Positions 1-9,314 of a DNA stretch of 32,000 nucleotides are shown here, in pieces. Origin of the DNA: Opitutus sp. GAS368 (GTDB taxonomy: Bacteria; Verrucomicrobiota; Verrucomicrobiia; Opitutales; Opitutaceae); NCBI RefSeq assembly GCF_900104925.1, contig NZ_LT629735.1:372291-404290 (forward strand). Reading direction: 5' to 3'. Below the pieces are notes generated by a model. That model was not told the origin of the DNA, ran no database searches, and saw only the letters and a program-made list of their open reading frames with translations. Each line of letters opens with the position of its first letter. Within the stretch, counting starts at the first letter, position 1. Made by a program: the position numbers and the translations under genes.

Positions 1-275
1 ATCAGTCCACCCACCGCCGGGATCGCCAGCCGCTGCCACCAGACCAGGTCGCGGAACGAATCCACGATGCCCTCCGCCGTGCCGGTGAGCATGTAGTGGA
101 TGAGCTCGATGCCCCCGCGGAAGGTCAGGGCCGCCAGCGCCCCGAGCACGCCCGCCCCGGCCGCCCAGAAAAGCGTCTCCTGCCACGGCGAAGGCCGCAG
201 CTTCTCGATGATCCACAGCCGCCAACGCAGCAGGCGCAGCAAGCGCTCGTAGATTTGCGGCACCACTTCCTTCAC
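1..275 (-). CDS. ClC family chloride channel protein, N-terminal part, truncated by window edge
   Basis: Manual reverse-strand translation gives VKEVVPQIYERLLRLLRWRLWIIEKLRPSPWQETLFWAAGAGVLGALAALTFRGGIELIHYMLTGTAEGIVDSFRDLVWWQRLAIPAVGGL, like the N-terminus of ClC channels. GTG start near 275. Confidence 0.6.
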   Translation of the reverse strand, partial: MKEVVPQIYERLLRLLRWRLWIIEKLRPSPWQETLFWAAGAGVLGALAALTFRGGIELIHYMLTGTAEGIVDSFRDLVWWQRLAIPAVGGL

Positions 276-288
276 GGCGAAATATCCC

Positions 289-400
289 CGACACACCCCG
301 CCCTGCGGGCACCCCTCTCCAGAGGGGATTCAAGGCATTGCTGGCGAAAGTCTGGATCCCCTCTGGAGAGGGGTGGCGCGACCGCGCCGGGGTGTGTCGG
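289..400. repeat. Family D repeat, two copies in head-to-head orientation (289-330 minus, 354-400 plus)
   Basis: Minus copy reads AATCCCCTCTGGAGAGGGGTGCCCGCAGGGCGGGGTGTGTCG. Plus copy reads GATCCCCTCTGGAGAGGGGTGGCGCGACCGCGCCGGGGTGTGTCGG. Each carries the stem CCCCTCT-GG-AGAGGGG. Confidence 0.85.
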
Positions 401-505
401 AGAGCAGCCGGCAACCGATCTCGCCTCCGCCCGGGTTGCTGTGTGTTGCGGCACTTCCACGAAATAACCATGGCCGACTCGGCCCGCCTGACAAGGCTTG
501 TTCCG

Positions 506-3112
506 TCAGGAAGCGACGGGCGGCGTGATCACCGGGACCGGCTCGGCCGGCAGCGCGGGCCCCAGCGGCCCGGTCGCCACCGCGGCGTTGAGCAGCTCGG
601 TCTCGCCGGCCTCCACCGCGCTGAGCTGGATGAGGCTGTTCAACGAGCTGAAATGCTTGGTCCACTCGAAGTCGCCGCTGTGGTGGCCGACCACCTGGTT
701 GAACAGCTGCTTCTTCTCCCCCTTCAACGACTGGATGCGCTCCTCGATCGTGCCGGCCGTCACCATGCGGTAGACGAACACCGTGTTCGTCTGGCCGATG
801 CGGTGCACGCGGTCGATGGCCTGGTCCTCGACCGCGGGGTTCCACCACGGGTCGAGCAGGAAGACGTAGTCCGCCGCGTGCAGCGTGATGCCCGTGCCGG
901 CGGCCTTGAGGCTGACCAGCATCGCCGCCGCGCCCGCCGCCGACTGGAAATCCTTCACCGGCTTCTGCCGGTCCACCGTCATGCCGGTGATCTCGTAGCG
1001 CGGCAGGTCCGGGTAATGCTGGTCGAGCGCCGTGCGCACGCGGTCGAGCAGGGTGACGAACTGCGAGAAAATGACGACCTTGTGGCCGCTGGCCACGACC
1101 TCGCTGAGCTTTTCCACGAGGAGCTGCAGCTTGCCGCTGTCGGTCAGCGGCGAATTCATCCACGGGAGCAGGTCCGGGTCGCAGCACACCTGCCGCAGGC
1201 GGGTGAGCAGGGCGAGGAAGCCGAAGGATTTTTCGCGCAGCGCCAGGCTGATGTCCTCGCCGAGGCGCGCCAGGCCCTCGGTGCAGATGCGGGCATACTC
1301 GGCGCGCTGCACCTCGGTGAGCGGGCAGAGCAGGTCCATCTCGACCTTGGGCGGGAGTTCCGTCGCCACCTCGTTCTTGGTGCGGCGCAGGATGAACGGC
1401 GCCACCTGCTGGCGCAGGCGGTTCATCGTCCGCTCGCGGTCCAGCACCAGCGCCGACTCGAACCCGGCCCGCGAGCCGAGCAGGCCGGGCAGCAGGTAGC
1501 GGAAGATGGACCAGAGATCGAGCTGGCGATTCTCCAGCGGCGTGCCGGTCATCACCAGCCGGTGCCGCGTCTTGATGGCGAAGCAGGCCTGCGTGACCTT
1601 GGCGTCGGGGTTCTTGATGAACTGGCCCTCGTCGAGGATGGCGTAGCCGAACTCCGTCGTGTCGAGCAGCGCGCGGTGCTTGCGCAGCTGCGTGTAGCTC
1701 GCGAGCCAGATGCACGGCGCCTTGTTGGTCTTGAAATCATTGCCCGATTTCAGGATGTCGACCTTCGCCTCGGGGTAGAAGCGGGCGATCTCCTCGCGCC
1801 AGACCGGCACGACGCTGGCGGGACAGACCACAACGTGACGGAACTTGGCCATGGGCCGGGTGCGCAGCAGGGCGATGACCTGCGCGGTCTTGCCGAGGCC
1901 CATCTCGTCGGCCAGCAGGCCGTGGCACTCGGTCTCGCACAGGTGGTGCATCCACTCGACGCCGCGGCGCTGGTAGTTGCGCAGATACTCGGGCAGCTCC
2001 GGCGGCGTGGCGGGCGGCGTCAGCACCTTCTGGCGCCAGGCTTCGATCTCGGGGCCGAGCGTGACCTTGAGGCGGTGGTCGTTGAAGAGGGAGAAGATCA
2101 GGTAGGGAGGGATCTCGCCGGCGGCGGCGGTGTCCTCGAGGTTGCGGCGCCACTGGTTGTAGCCCTCGAGCTTCTCGGGCGTGAGGGTGACGATGCCGAG
2201 GTCGGGCAGCAGCATCGGCGTGCGGCCGTGCTTGAGCAACGCGGCGGCCTGCTCGTCGGTCAGCAGCTTCTCGCCGGCGCGGAAAATCCAGCGCAGGTTC
2301 AGCCCGCCGTCGCCGCGCCGGTCGGCCACGGCCTCGATCTCGATGGCGCGCGCGCCCTGCTTGATGTTGTCCACCTTGACGTCGAGCTCGATGGCGAACT
2401 GCTTTTTCCAGTGCGGCAGCAGGTCGCGCAGGAAGCCCGGGATGTCGGCCAGCGCGTCGAGCGCGTAGGCGTGGGTGGACTGGTTGTAGCGGAAGTGGGC
2501 CTTGCGGGCGTAGGTGGCCAGCGCGATGAGCTTGGCGCGCTCGGCGGCGGTCGGCGGGTTGGCGGTGTTGCCGAGCGCGGGGATGCGGCTGCGGCCGCTC
2601 TTCCAGTAGGCGAGGAAGACCAGGCCGTCGGCGTTCGTGGTGAAGCTCAGCAGGAGGTCGCGCGCGGGGGCGTCGGGCTTGGGCGCGTCGTTGGCGCCGT
2701 TCCCATTGCCGTTGGCGCTGGCGTGATGGCCGTGGGCGGCGGGGCTGGCCTTGGGCAAGGCGCCGGGCAGCAGCGCGGCCATCTCGTCGACCAGCAGTTC
2801 CTCGATCTCATGCAAACCGGCGACGGCGATGGCGTTGGCCAGCAGGACGTCGGTCGAGGAGGAGCGGACCTTGATCCGGTCGTTGTCCCACTCGATCACC
2901 GCATATTCCTCCTTCTTCTCGACCTTGCGGTGGATGATGGCGTCCTTGGCGCCCAGCTCGACCTCGCGGATCTCGCCGTCGCGATACATGTCATGGCCCC
3001 GGTCCACATGGGTCGCGTCAAACTGCCCCTCCCAGTCGACCTCCATGCGGCCGAACCAGAATTCCAAGGATTGCGGAGTATAGATGCGCTTGGGCCCGTG
3101 GGTTTGCATCAA
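506..3112 (-). CDS. SNF2-family DEAD/DEAH-box helicase
   Basis: 868 aa ORF with LADEMGLGKTAQVIALL (Walker A), VILDEGQFIKN (motif II position), VMTGTPLENRQLDLWSIF, VFLLDPWWNPAVEDQAIDRVHRIGQT (motif VI). Confidence 0.93.
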   Translation of the reverse strand: MMQTHGPKRIYTPQSLEFWFGRMEVDWEGQFDATHVDRGHDMYRDGEIREVELGAKDAIIHRKVEKKEEYAVIEWDNDRIKVRSSSTDVLLANAIAVAGLHEIEELLVDEMAALLPGALPKASPAAHGHHASANGNGNGANDAPKPDAPARDLLLSFTTNADGLVFLAYWKSGRSRIPALGNTANPPTAAERAKLIALATYARKAHFRYNQSTHAYALDALADIPGFLRDLLPHWKKQFAIELDVKVDNIKQGARAIEIEAVADRRGDGGLNLRWIFRAGEKLLTDEQAAALLKHGRTPMLLPDLGIVTLTPEKLEGYNQWRRNLEDTAAAGEIPPYLIFSLFNDHRLKVTLGPEIEAWRQKVLTPPATPPELPEYLRNYQRRGVEWMHHLCETECHGLLADEMGLGKTAQVIALLRTRPMAKFRHVVVCPASVVPVWREEIARFYPEAKVDILKSGNDFKTNKAPCIWLASYTQLRKHRALLDTTEFGYAILDEGQFIKNPDAKVTQACFAIKTRHRLVMTGTPLENRQLDLWSIFRYLLPGLLGSRAGFESALVLDRERTMNRLRQQVAPFILRRTKNEVATELPPKVEMDLLCPLTEVQRAEYARICTEGLARLGEDISLALREKSFGFLALLTRLRQVCCDPDLLPWMNSPLTDSGKLQLLVEKLSEVVASGHKVVIFSQFVTLLDRVRTALDQHYPDLPRYEITGMTVDRQKPVKDFQSAAGAAAMLVSLKAAGTGITLHAADYVFLLDPWWNPAVEDQAIDRVHRIGQTNTVFVYRMVTAGTIEERIQSLKGEKKQLFNQVVGHHSGDFEWTKHFSSLNSLIQLSAVEAGETELLNAAVATGPLGPALPAEPVPVITPPVAS

Positions 3113-3213
3113 GCTAAAAGCCAGACGTTAAAAAGTTCCGCGCCCCCCGCGCAATCCCTATTTCGCTTATTTACCAGCGCCCCTGCGGTGGAGCGTTTTA
3201 CGCAATCGTCACC

Positions 3214-3229
3214 GGACCGGCACCGGTCC
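3214..3229. promoter_or_regulatory. Palindrome GGACCGG-CA-CCGGTCC directly followed by TTGACA; possible operator/promoter
   Basis: Perfect 7-bp arms upstream of the glycosyltransferase ORF. TTGACA begins at 3230. No confident -10 box was assigned. Confidence 0.3.
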
Positions 3230-3245
3230 TTGACACATTGCGGCC

Positions 3246-4532
3246 ATGCTCCGGGTGCGCTCGACGGCTGGCCGGTGGCCGCCGTCCGGGCCACCCACAT
3301 TGCAACTTGTCCTCGTAACCGAAACCTTCTCTCCCGAAATCAACGGCGTCGCCATGACGCTGGGGCACCTCGTGCACGGCCTCACGCAACGCGGCCACCA
3401 AGTCACGATCATCCGCCCGCGCCAGCGTGCCGAAAAGGGCGCTCCCGCCCTGCAGGTCAACGGCGCCGTCACGCAACACCTGCTGCCCGGCCTGCCCATC
3501 CCGGGCTATCCCCTGCTCCGCTTCGGCCTGCCCGCCGGCCGCTGCCTCCGTCGGCTCTGGTGCACCAACCGCCCCGATCTCGTGCACATCGCCACCGAGG
3601 GCCCGCTCGGCTGGTCGGCCCTCAACACCGCGCATGTCCTCGGCCTGCCGGTCACGTCGAGCTTTCACACCAACTTCCATCACTACACGCACGATTACCG
3701 CTTCAGCTGGCTGTTCACGCTCACGGCGAAGTGGCTGCGTCATTTCCACAACCGCACGCTCCGCACCTTCGCGCCGACCCGCGAGCTGTGCGCCGAGCTC
3801 GCGGCCGACGGCTACCACAACCTTCGCGTGCTTTCCCGCGGCGTGGACACCGGCCACTTCACTCCCGCCCGGCGCGACGCGGCCCAACGCGCGGCTTGGG
3901 GCGCCCCCGGCGACGACCCGGTCGTCATCCACACCGGCCGGCTCGCCCGCGAGAAAAATTACGGGCTGATCATCCGCGCCTTCGACGCCATGCGCACCGC
4001 CAACCCGCGCTGCCGCTTCGTGGTCGTCGGCGACGGCCCGTTGCGCGCCGGGCTGGCGGCCAAGCTGCCTTACGTCCGCTTCACCGGCTTCGTCGACCGC
4101 ACCACCCTCGCCGCCCACTACGCCACGGGTGACATCTACCTGCACGCCAGCGTGACCGAGACCTACGGCAATGTCGCCGCCGAGGCGCTGGCCAGCGGCC
4201 TCGCCTTCGCCGGTTACGACTACGCCGCCGCCCACGAGCTCGTGCGCCCGGAAGAAAACGGACTGCTGGTGCCGCTCGACGACGAGGCGGCGTTCATCGC
4301 CGCCGCCGTCCGCCTCGCCACCGACCCGGTGCTCGTCGCGCGCCTGCGCACCCGGGCCCCCGCCGCCGTGGCGGCCCGCTCCTGGGACAACGTCGTCACC
4401 CAGTTTGCCGCCGACCTCGCCGAGGCGGCCGACAAATCCCTTCCCCGTGCCTGTCATCCTGGACGAAGTGAAGGATCCAGCAGCATGACCGCCCCGGCTG
4501 TCATCCTGGATTCTTCGCTGCGCTCAGAATGA
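3246..4532 (+). CDS. Glycosyltransferase family 4 (GT4-like), possibly glycolipid synthesis
   Basis: LVLVTETFSPEINGVAMTLGHLVHGLTQRGHQVTII..., VIHTGRLAREKNYGLIIRAFD, FTGFVDRTTLAAHYATGDIYLHASVTETYGNVAAEALASGL. The start may be TTG at 3300. The C-terminal tail lies in a repeat (4453-4533). Confidence 0.88.
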   Translation: MLRVRSTAGRWPPSGPPTLQLVLVTETFSPEINGVAMTLGHLVHGLTQRGHQVTIIRPRQRAEKGAPALQVNGAVTQHLLPGLPIPGYPLLRFGLPAGRCLRRLWCTNRPDLVHIATEGPLGWSALNTAHVLGLPVTSSFHTNFHHYTHDYRFSWLFTLTAKWLRHFHNRTLRTFAPTRELCAELAADGYHNLRVLSRGVDTGHFTPARRDAAQRAAWGAPGDDPVVIHTGRLAREKNYGLIIRAFDAMRTANPRCRFVVVGDGPLRAGLAAKLPYVRFTGFVDRTTLAAHYATGDIYLHASVTETYGNVAAEALASGLAFAGYDYAAAHELVRPEENGLLVPLDDEAAFIAAAVRLATDPVLVARLRTRAPAAVAARSWDNVVTQFAADLAEAADKSLPRACHPGRSEGSSSMTAPAVILDSSLRSE

Positions 4533-4533
4533 C
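4453..4533. repeat. Inverted repeat element (GTCATCCTGRRCGAAGYGAAGGATCCAG type), two 28-nt imperfect arms
   Basis: Arm 1 gtcatcctggacgaagtgaaggatccag (4453-4480). Arm 2 ctggattcttcgctgcgctcagaatgac (4506-4533), the near-complement of arm 1. Confidence 0.85.
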
Positions 4534-4548
4534 AAACCCGCTTCCACC

Positions 4549-5361
4549 ATGAGCAAACTCCACGTCCGCACCGTCATCCTGTCCGACATCCACCTCGGCA
4601 CGCCGCACAGCAAGGCCGAGGAAGTCACGCACTTCCTCAAGCACGTCCGCTGCGACCGGCTCATCCTCAACGGCGACATCATCGATGGCTGGCGCCTGCG
4701 CCGCGGCGACCCGTGGACCAAGGCCCACACCAGGTTCGTCCGCCGCGTGCTGACCATGATCCAGAAGCGCGACACCGAGGTCGTCTACCTCCGCGGCAAC
4801 CACGACGACTTCATCGGCCGCCTCCTCCCGATGCAGTTCGAGCACCTCAGCCTGGTCGAAGACCACATCCTCGAGACCTCCCGCGGCCGCTATTTGGTGC
4901 TGCACGGCGACGTGTTCGACGGCGTCGTGAAGAACATGGTGGTCCTCGCCCACCTCGGCGACCTCGGCTACAATCTGCTGCTCCGCCTCAATCGCGCCTA
5001 CAACTGGTTCCGCCGCCTCCGGGGCAAGGAATATTTCTCGCTCAGCCAGGCCATCAAGGCCCGCGTCAAGCAGGCCGTCAGCTTCATCGGCAAGTTCGAG
5101 GACCAGGTCGCCGCCCTCGCCCGCGAGCGCGGCTGCATCGGCGTCATCTGCGGCCACATCCACACGCCGGCCGACAAGATGATCGGCGACATCCACTACC
5201 TCAACTCCGGCGACTGGGTCGAATCGCTCACCGCCATCGTGGAGCACCACGACGGCCGCTTCGAGCTCGCGACCTACCGGGAGTTCGCCGCCCGTTTCGG
5301 CCCCGAGCCGGCCGCGGCCGACGAGGTGGACGAGCCGATGCAAATGCCCGTCCTCGCGTGA
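4549..5361 (+). CDS. LpxH-like metallophosphoesterase (UDP-2,3-diacylglucosamine diphosphatase family)
   Basis: Motifs LSDIHLGTP, LNGDIIDGW, YLRGNHDD, LHGDVFDG, VICGHIHTP. Confidence 0.85.
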   Translation: MSKLHVRTVILSDIHLGTPHSKAEEVTHFLKHVRCDRLILNGDIIDGWRLRRGDPWTKAHTRFVRRVLTMIQKRDTEVVYLRGNHDDFIGRLLPMQFEHLSLVEDHILETSRGRYLVLHGDVFDGVVKNMVVLAHLGDLGYNLLLRLNRAYNWFRRLRGKEYFSLSQAIKARVKQAVSFIGKFEDQVAALARERGCIGVICGHIHTPADKMIGDIHYLNSGDWVESLTAIVEHHDGRFELATYREFAARFGPEPAAADEVDEPMQMPVLA

Positions 5362-5371
5362 GTGCATTTTT

Positions 5372-5445
5372 GGAGGCGGGGCCATCAGCCCCGCGAGGCA
5401 TGGGCCACGTTGCCTACAACCCGCCGGGCTGATGGCCCCGCCTCC
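5372..5445. repeat. Palindromic intergenic element with perfect 20-bp arms
   Basis: GGAGGCGGGGCCATCAGCCC (5372-5391) ... GGGCTGATGGCCCCGCCTCC (5426-5445). A nested AGGCA/TGCCT stem lies in the loop. Confidence 0.9.
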
Positions 5446-5459
5446 CCTGCCTTATCCGC

Positions 5460-6605
5460 ATGAATAAAGTCCTGATTCTCACCGCCGGCTACGGCGAGGG
5501 CCACAACAGCGCGGCGCGCGCCCTGCAGGCCGCGTTCAATGAGCGGCCGGGCCTCGACGCCGAGCTGGTCGACCTGTTCGCCCTGCGCGCCCCCCGGCTC
5601 AACCACGTCTCCCGCCGCGGCTATCTCCGGCTGATCAACACCGCCCCGAAGCTCTGGAGCCGGCTCTATCGCTGGCTCGACGAGTCGCCGCGCGCGCCGT
5701 GGATGTTCCGCACACTCGCCAGCCACCGCCGTCTGCTCGGCCGGATCATCGCCGAGAAGGAACCCGTCGCGCTCGTCTCCACCTACCCGGTCTACGCGTG
5801 GCTGCTTAACCAGCTGCGCCGCGAGGGGCACATGTTCTGCCCGCACTACACGGTCGTCACCGACGCGCTGACCATCAATTCCCTCTGGTATCGGTCCGGC
5901 TCGGCCGGGTGGTTTGTGACCGACCCGGATTCCGCCGCCTTCCTGACCGCCCGCGGCGTGCCGTCGGCCCGGGTCCACGTCAGCGGCTTTCCCGTCGCGC
6001 TCGCCTTTGCCGACCGGCCGGCGCATCTCGCGCCGCCCGAACCGACCAACCCCGCCCATCCCCGCCGCGTCCTGTTCATGATCAACACCGGCCGCACCCG
6101 CGCTCTGGCCGTCGCCCGGGCCCTTCTGCAGAATCCGTCCTGGCAGCTGACCATCACGGCCGGACGCGATGAAGGTCTGCGCCGTGAACTGATTGCCCTG
6201 GCCGCCGGCGCACCGGCCAAGGCCGACATCCTCGGCTGGACCGACCGCATCCCGGAGCTGCTGATGACGCACCACGTCGCCATCAGCAAGGCCGGCGGCG
6301 CCACCACGCAGGAATCCATCAACGCGCTCTGCCCGCTGATCGTGAGCCAGATCGTGCCCGGGCAGGAGGAGGGCAACTATGAGCTCATCCGCCGGAATGA
6401 CGCCGGGGCGCTCGCCGAGACGCCGGAGGCGATTGTCGCCACGCTTGAGCGCCTCTTCGCCGACGACGCGAGACTCTGGCGCCACTGGCGCACCAACCTG
6501 CGCCGCCTGGCCCAGCCCGCCGCCGCCCGCACCGTTGCCGACATCGTGCTGGCCGGGCCCGCGGTCGCGAACACGGAGCCTCATACCGTCAGTCTGGCCG
6601 GCTGA
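5460..6605 (+). CDS. MGDG synthase / processive diacylglycerol glycosyltransferase family (GT28-like)
   Basis: N-terminal VLILTAGYGEGHNSAARALQAAF, C-terminal VAISKAGGATTQESINALCPLIVSQIVPGQEEGNYELI. Confidence 0.88.
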   Translation: MNKVLILTAGYGEGHNSAARALQAAFNERPGLDAELVDLFALRAPRLNHVSRRGYLRLINTAPKLWSRLYRWLDESPRAPWMFRTLASHRRLLGRIIAEKEPVALVSTYPVYAWLLNQLRREGHMFCPHYTVVTDALTINSLWYRSGSAGWFVTDPDSAAFLTARGVPSARVHVSGFPVALAFADRPAHLAPPEPTNPAHPRRVLFMINTGRTRALAVARALLQNPSWQLTITAGRDEGLRRELIALAAGAPAKADILGWTDRIPELLMTHHVAISKAGGATTQESINALCPLIVSQIVPGQEEGNYELIRRNDAGALAETPEAIVATLERLFADDARLWRHWRTNLRRLAQPAAARTVADIVLAGPAVANTEPHTVSLAG

Positions 6606-6692
6606 GGGCGGGGAGTCCGGCGGCGCGAACCGGCTCCGGCGCAGGCCGATTTGCCGGGGCTCGGCGGCACATGAAATTCGCCGCAATTCGCC

Positions 6693-9311
6693 TTGCCCCA
6701 CCGATTGAAACATCGTCCATTGCAGGCCAGCGTGAATCTTCCTCCCGGCCAATACACCCTGCCCGAATCAGAGCTGTTCGCCCAGCTCGGCAGCTCCGCC
6801 AACGGACTCACTTCCGAGCAGGCCGCGGCCGTTTTAAGCAAGGTCGGCCCCAATGCCGTCGCCGCCGGCGGGCGCCATTCCATGCTGCGCGATCTCTTGG
6901 ATCGGTGCCGTAACCCGCTCGTCATCCAACTCCTGGTCATCGCGATCGTCTCCTATTTCATGGACGACATCAGTTCGACGGTCGTCGTCGGCGCGATGGT
7001 GTTCCTGAGCGTATTCCTCTCCTACGTTCAGGAGGCGCGTTCGTCGCGCGCGGTGGAAAAACTCCAAAAACTCGTCACCACCAACGTGCACGCGTTGCGC
7101 GACGGCAAGGAGACGGCCGTGCCGCTGGAGCAGATCGTGCCGGGCGATGTCGTGATCCTCGCCGCGGGCAGCCTGATCCCCGCCGATCTGCGTGTGCTCT
7201 CGGCCAAGGACTTCTTCCTTACCCAATCGGCCCTCACCGGCGAGTCGATGCCGGTGGAGAAGACGGCCGACACCAATCAGACCGCCGGCAAGGCGGCGTT
7301 TGAATTCACCAACGCCTGCCTGATGGGCAGCAACGTCCTGAGCGGATCGGCGCGCGCCATCGTGCTCGCCACCGGTCCGAAGACCTATTTCGGCTCCCTG
7401 GCGGAAAAGCTCCTGGGGAAGCGCGAACCCACGAGCTTCGACAAAGGCGTGAAGGACTTCACGTGGCTGATGATCCGCTTCATGATCGTGATGGTCTCCG
7501 TCACGTTTGTCATCGTCGGGCTGACCAAGGGCAACTGGTCGGAAGCGCTGCTGTTCGCGCTGTCCGTCGCGGTCGGCCTGACCCCGGAGATGCTGCCCAT
7601 GATCATCACGGTCTGCCTTTCCAAGGGCGCCCTGCGCATGGCCCGCAAGAAGGTCATCGTGAAGCATCTTCACGCGATCCAGAATTTCGGCGCGATGGAC
7701 GTGCTGTGCACGGACAAGACCGGCACCCTTACGCAGGACCACGTCGTCCTGGAGCGCTATGTGGATGTGACGAACCGGTCCAGCGAGGACGTGTTGCGTT
7801 ACGCCTACATGAACAGTTTCTACCAGACGGGCCTGCGCAACCTCCTCGACCGCGCCATCCTCGCCCATTCCGACCTCGACGTGGAACGCGACTGCCGGAA
7901 GGTCGATGAGATACCCTTCGACTTCAAGCGGCGGCGCATGTCGGTCGTCATCGATCACGAGGACCGCCACGTGCTGATCTGCAAGGGTGCCGTCGAGGAG
8001 ATCGCCGCCGCCTGCGAGCACTACCAGGTCGACGAGGACATCAATCCCCTCGTGCGGCTCATCCGCGACGATCTGCTGGACGAATACCGTCACCTCAGCG
8101 CCGACGGTTATCGCGTCCTCGCCATCGCCTACCGGGAGTTTGACCGCACGAAGCAGACCTTCACCGTCGCCGACGAATCCGAGCTGATCCTGCTCGGTTA
8201 CGTCGCGTTTTTCGACCCGGCCAAGGACACCTCCGCTCGCGCCATCGAGGCGCTCACCCGCTCCGGCGTCACCGTGAAGATCCTCACCGGCGACAACGAA
8301 CTGGTCACGAAAAAGGTCTGTCACGACGTCGCCATGCCGATCACCCGGGTGGTCACCGGCCCGCAGCTCGCCGCGCTCGACGAGGAAGCCTTCGGCCGCG
8401 AAGTGGACGAGGCCAACGTCCTCGCGCGCCTGACCCCCGACCAGAAGGAAAAGGTCATCAAGACGCTCCGCGCGCGGGGCCACGTCGTCGGCTTCATGGG
8501 GGACGGCATCAACGACGTGCTCGCCATGAAGGCAGCCGATGTCGGCATCTCCGTCGATACCGCGGTGGACGTGGCGAAGGAATCCGCCGACATCATCCTG
8601 CTGGAAAAGAGCCTGCTCGTCCTCGAGGACGGCATTCTTGAAGGCCGGCAGGTCTTCGGCAACATCATCAAATACATCAAGATGGGGGCGAGTTCCAACT
8701 TCGGCAATATGTTCAGCGTGGTCGGCGGCGCCTACTTCCTGCCCTTCCTTCCGATGGCGCCGATCCAGGTGCTCGTGAACAACCTGCTCTACGATTTCTC
8801 CCAGGTTGGCATCCCCCTCGACCATGTGGACCCCGAATACCTGAACAAGCCGCGCCGCTGGAACATCAAAAGCATCCAGAACTTCATGGTCTTCATCGGC
8901 CCGATCAGCTCCATCTTCGATTACGCAACGTTCTTCCTGATGCTGTATTTCTTCGGCTGCGCGGCGTTCAGCACGGCCGGCGCAACGGAAGCCGACAAGG
9001 CGCATTGGGAAGCCCTGTTCCACACGGGCTGGTTCGTCGAGTCGCTGCTGACCCAGACGCTCATCGTCCACATCATCCGCACGCAGCGCATCCCCTTCAT
9101 CCAGAGCCGGGCGAGCCGGCCGATGATGTTCACGACTTTCCTCATCATGGGCATCGGCCTCTGGCTGCCGTTCTCCCCCTTCGCGCACTTCCTCGGCTTC
9201 ACCCCGCTGCCGGGCGTGTTTTTCCTCTGGCTCGCGGCGTTTCTTGTCGCCTACAGCGTGCTCACGCACATCGTCAAAATGTGGTTCGTGCGTCGATTTG
9301 GCATGGATTAA
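6693..9311 (+). CDS. mgtA: Magnesium-translocating P-type ATPase
   Basis: 872 aa with DVLCTDKTGTLTQD phosphorylation motif, GFMGDGINDVLAMKAADVGISVD hinge motif, and SVAVGLTPEMLPMI typical of the MgtA/MgtB class. Confidence 0.95.
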   Translation: MPHRLKHRPLQASVNLPPGQYTLPESELFAQLGSSANGLTSEQAAAVLSKVGPNAVAAGGRHSMLRDLLDRCRNPLVIQLLVIAIVSYFMDDISSTVVVGAMVFLSVFLSYVQEARSSRAVEKLQKLVTTNVHALRDGKETAVPLEQIVPGDVVILAAGSLIPADLRVLSAKDFFLTQSALTGESMPVEKTADTNQTAGKAAFEFTNACLMGSNVLSGSARAIVLATGPKTYFGSLAEKLLGKREPTSFDKGVKDFTWLMIRFMIVMVSVTFVIVGLTKGNWSEALLFALSVAVGLTPEMLPMIITVCLSKGALRMARKKVIVKHLHAIQNFGAMDVLCTDKTGTLTQDHVVLERYVDVTNRSSEDVLRYAYMNSFYQTGLRNLLDRAILAHSDLDVERDCRKVDEIPFDFKRRRMSVVIDHEDRHVLICKGAVEEIAAACEHYQVDEDINPLVRLIRDDLLDEYRHLSADGYRVLAIAYREFDRTKQTFTVADESELILLGYVAFFDPAKDTSARAIEALTRSGVTVKILTGDNELVTKKVCHDVAMPITRVVTGPQLAALDEEAFGREVDEANVLARLTPDQKEKVIKTLRARGHVVGFMGDGINDVLAMKAADVGISVDTAVDVAKESADIILLEKSLLVLEDGILEGRQVFGNIIKYIKMGASSNFGNMFSVVGGAYFLPFLPMAPIQVLVNNLLYDFSQVGIPLDHVDPEYLNKPRRWNIKSIQNFMVFIGPISSIFDYATFFLMLYFFGCAAFSTAGATEADKAHWEALFHTGWFVESLLTQTLIVHIIRTQRIPFIQSRASRPMMFTTFLIMGIGLWLPFSPFAHFLGFTPLPGVFFLWLAAFLVAYSVLTHIVKMWFVRRFGMD

Positions 9312-9314
9312 TTT

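Noticed and set aside
338-4132. 1264-aa plus-strand ORF and similar long ORFs at 330-1715, 6834-9722, 12927-15674, 3198-4457 and 25827-28073
   Set aside because: They lie opposite or out of frame to clearly conserved genes, have low-complexity R/A/G/V/E-rich translations, and are the usual high-GC antisense artefact.
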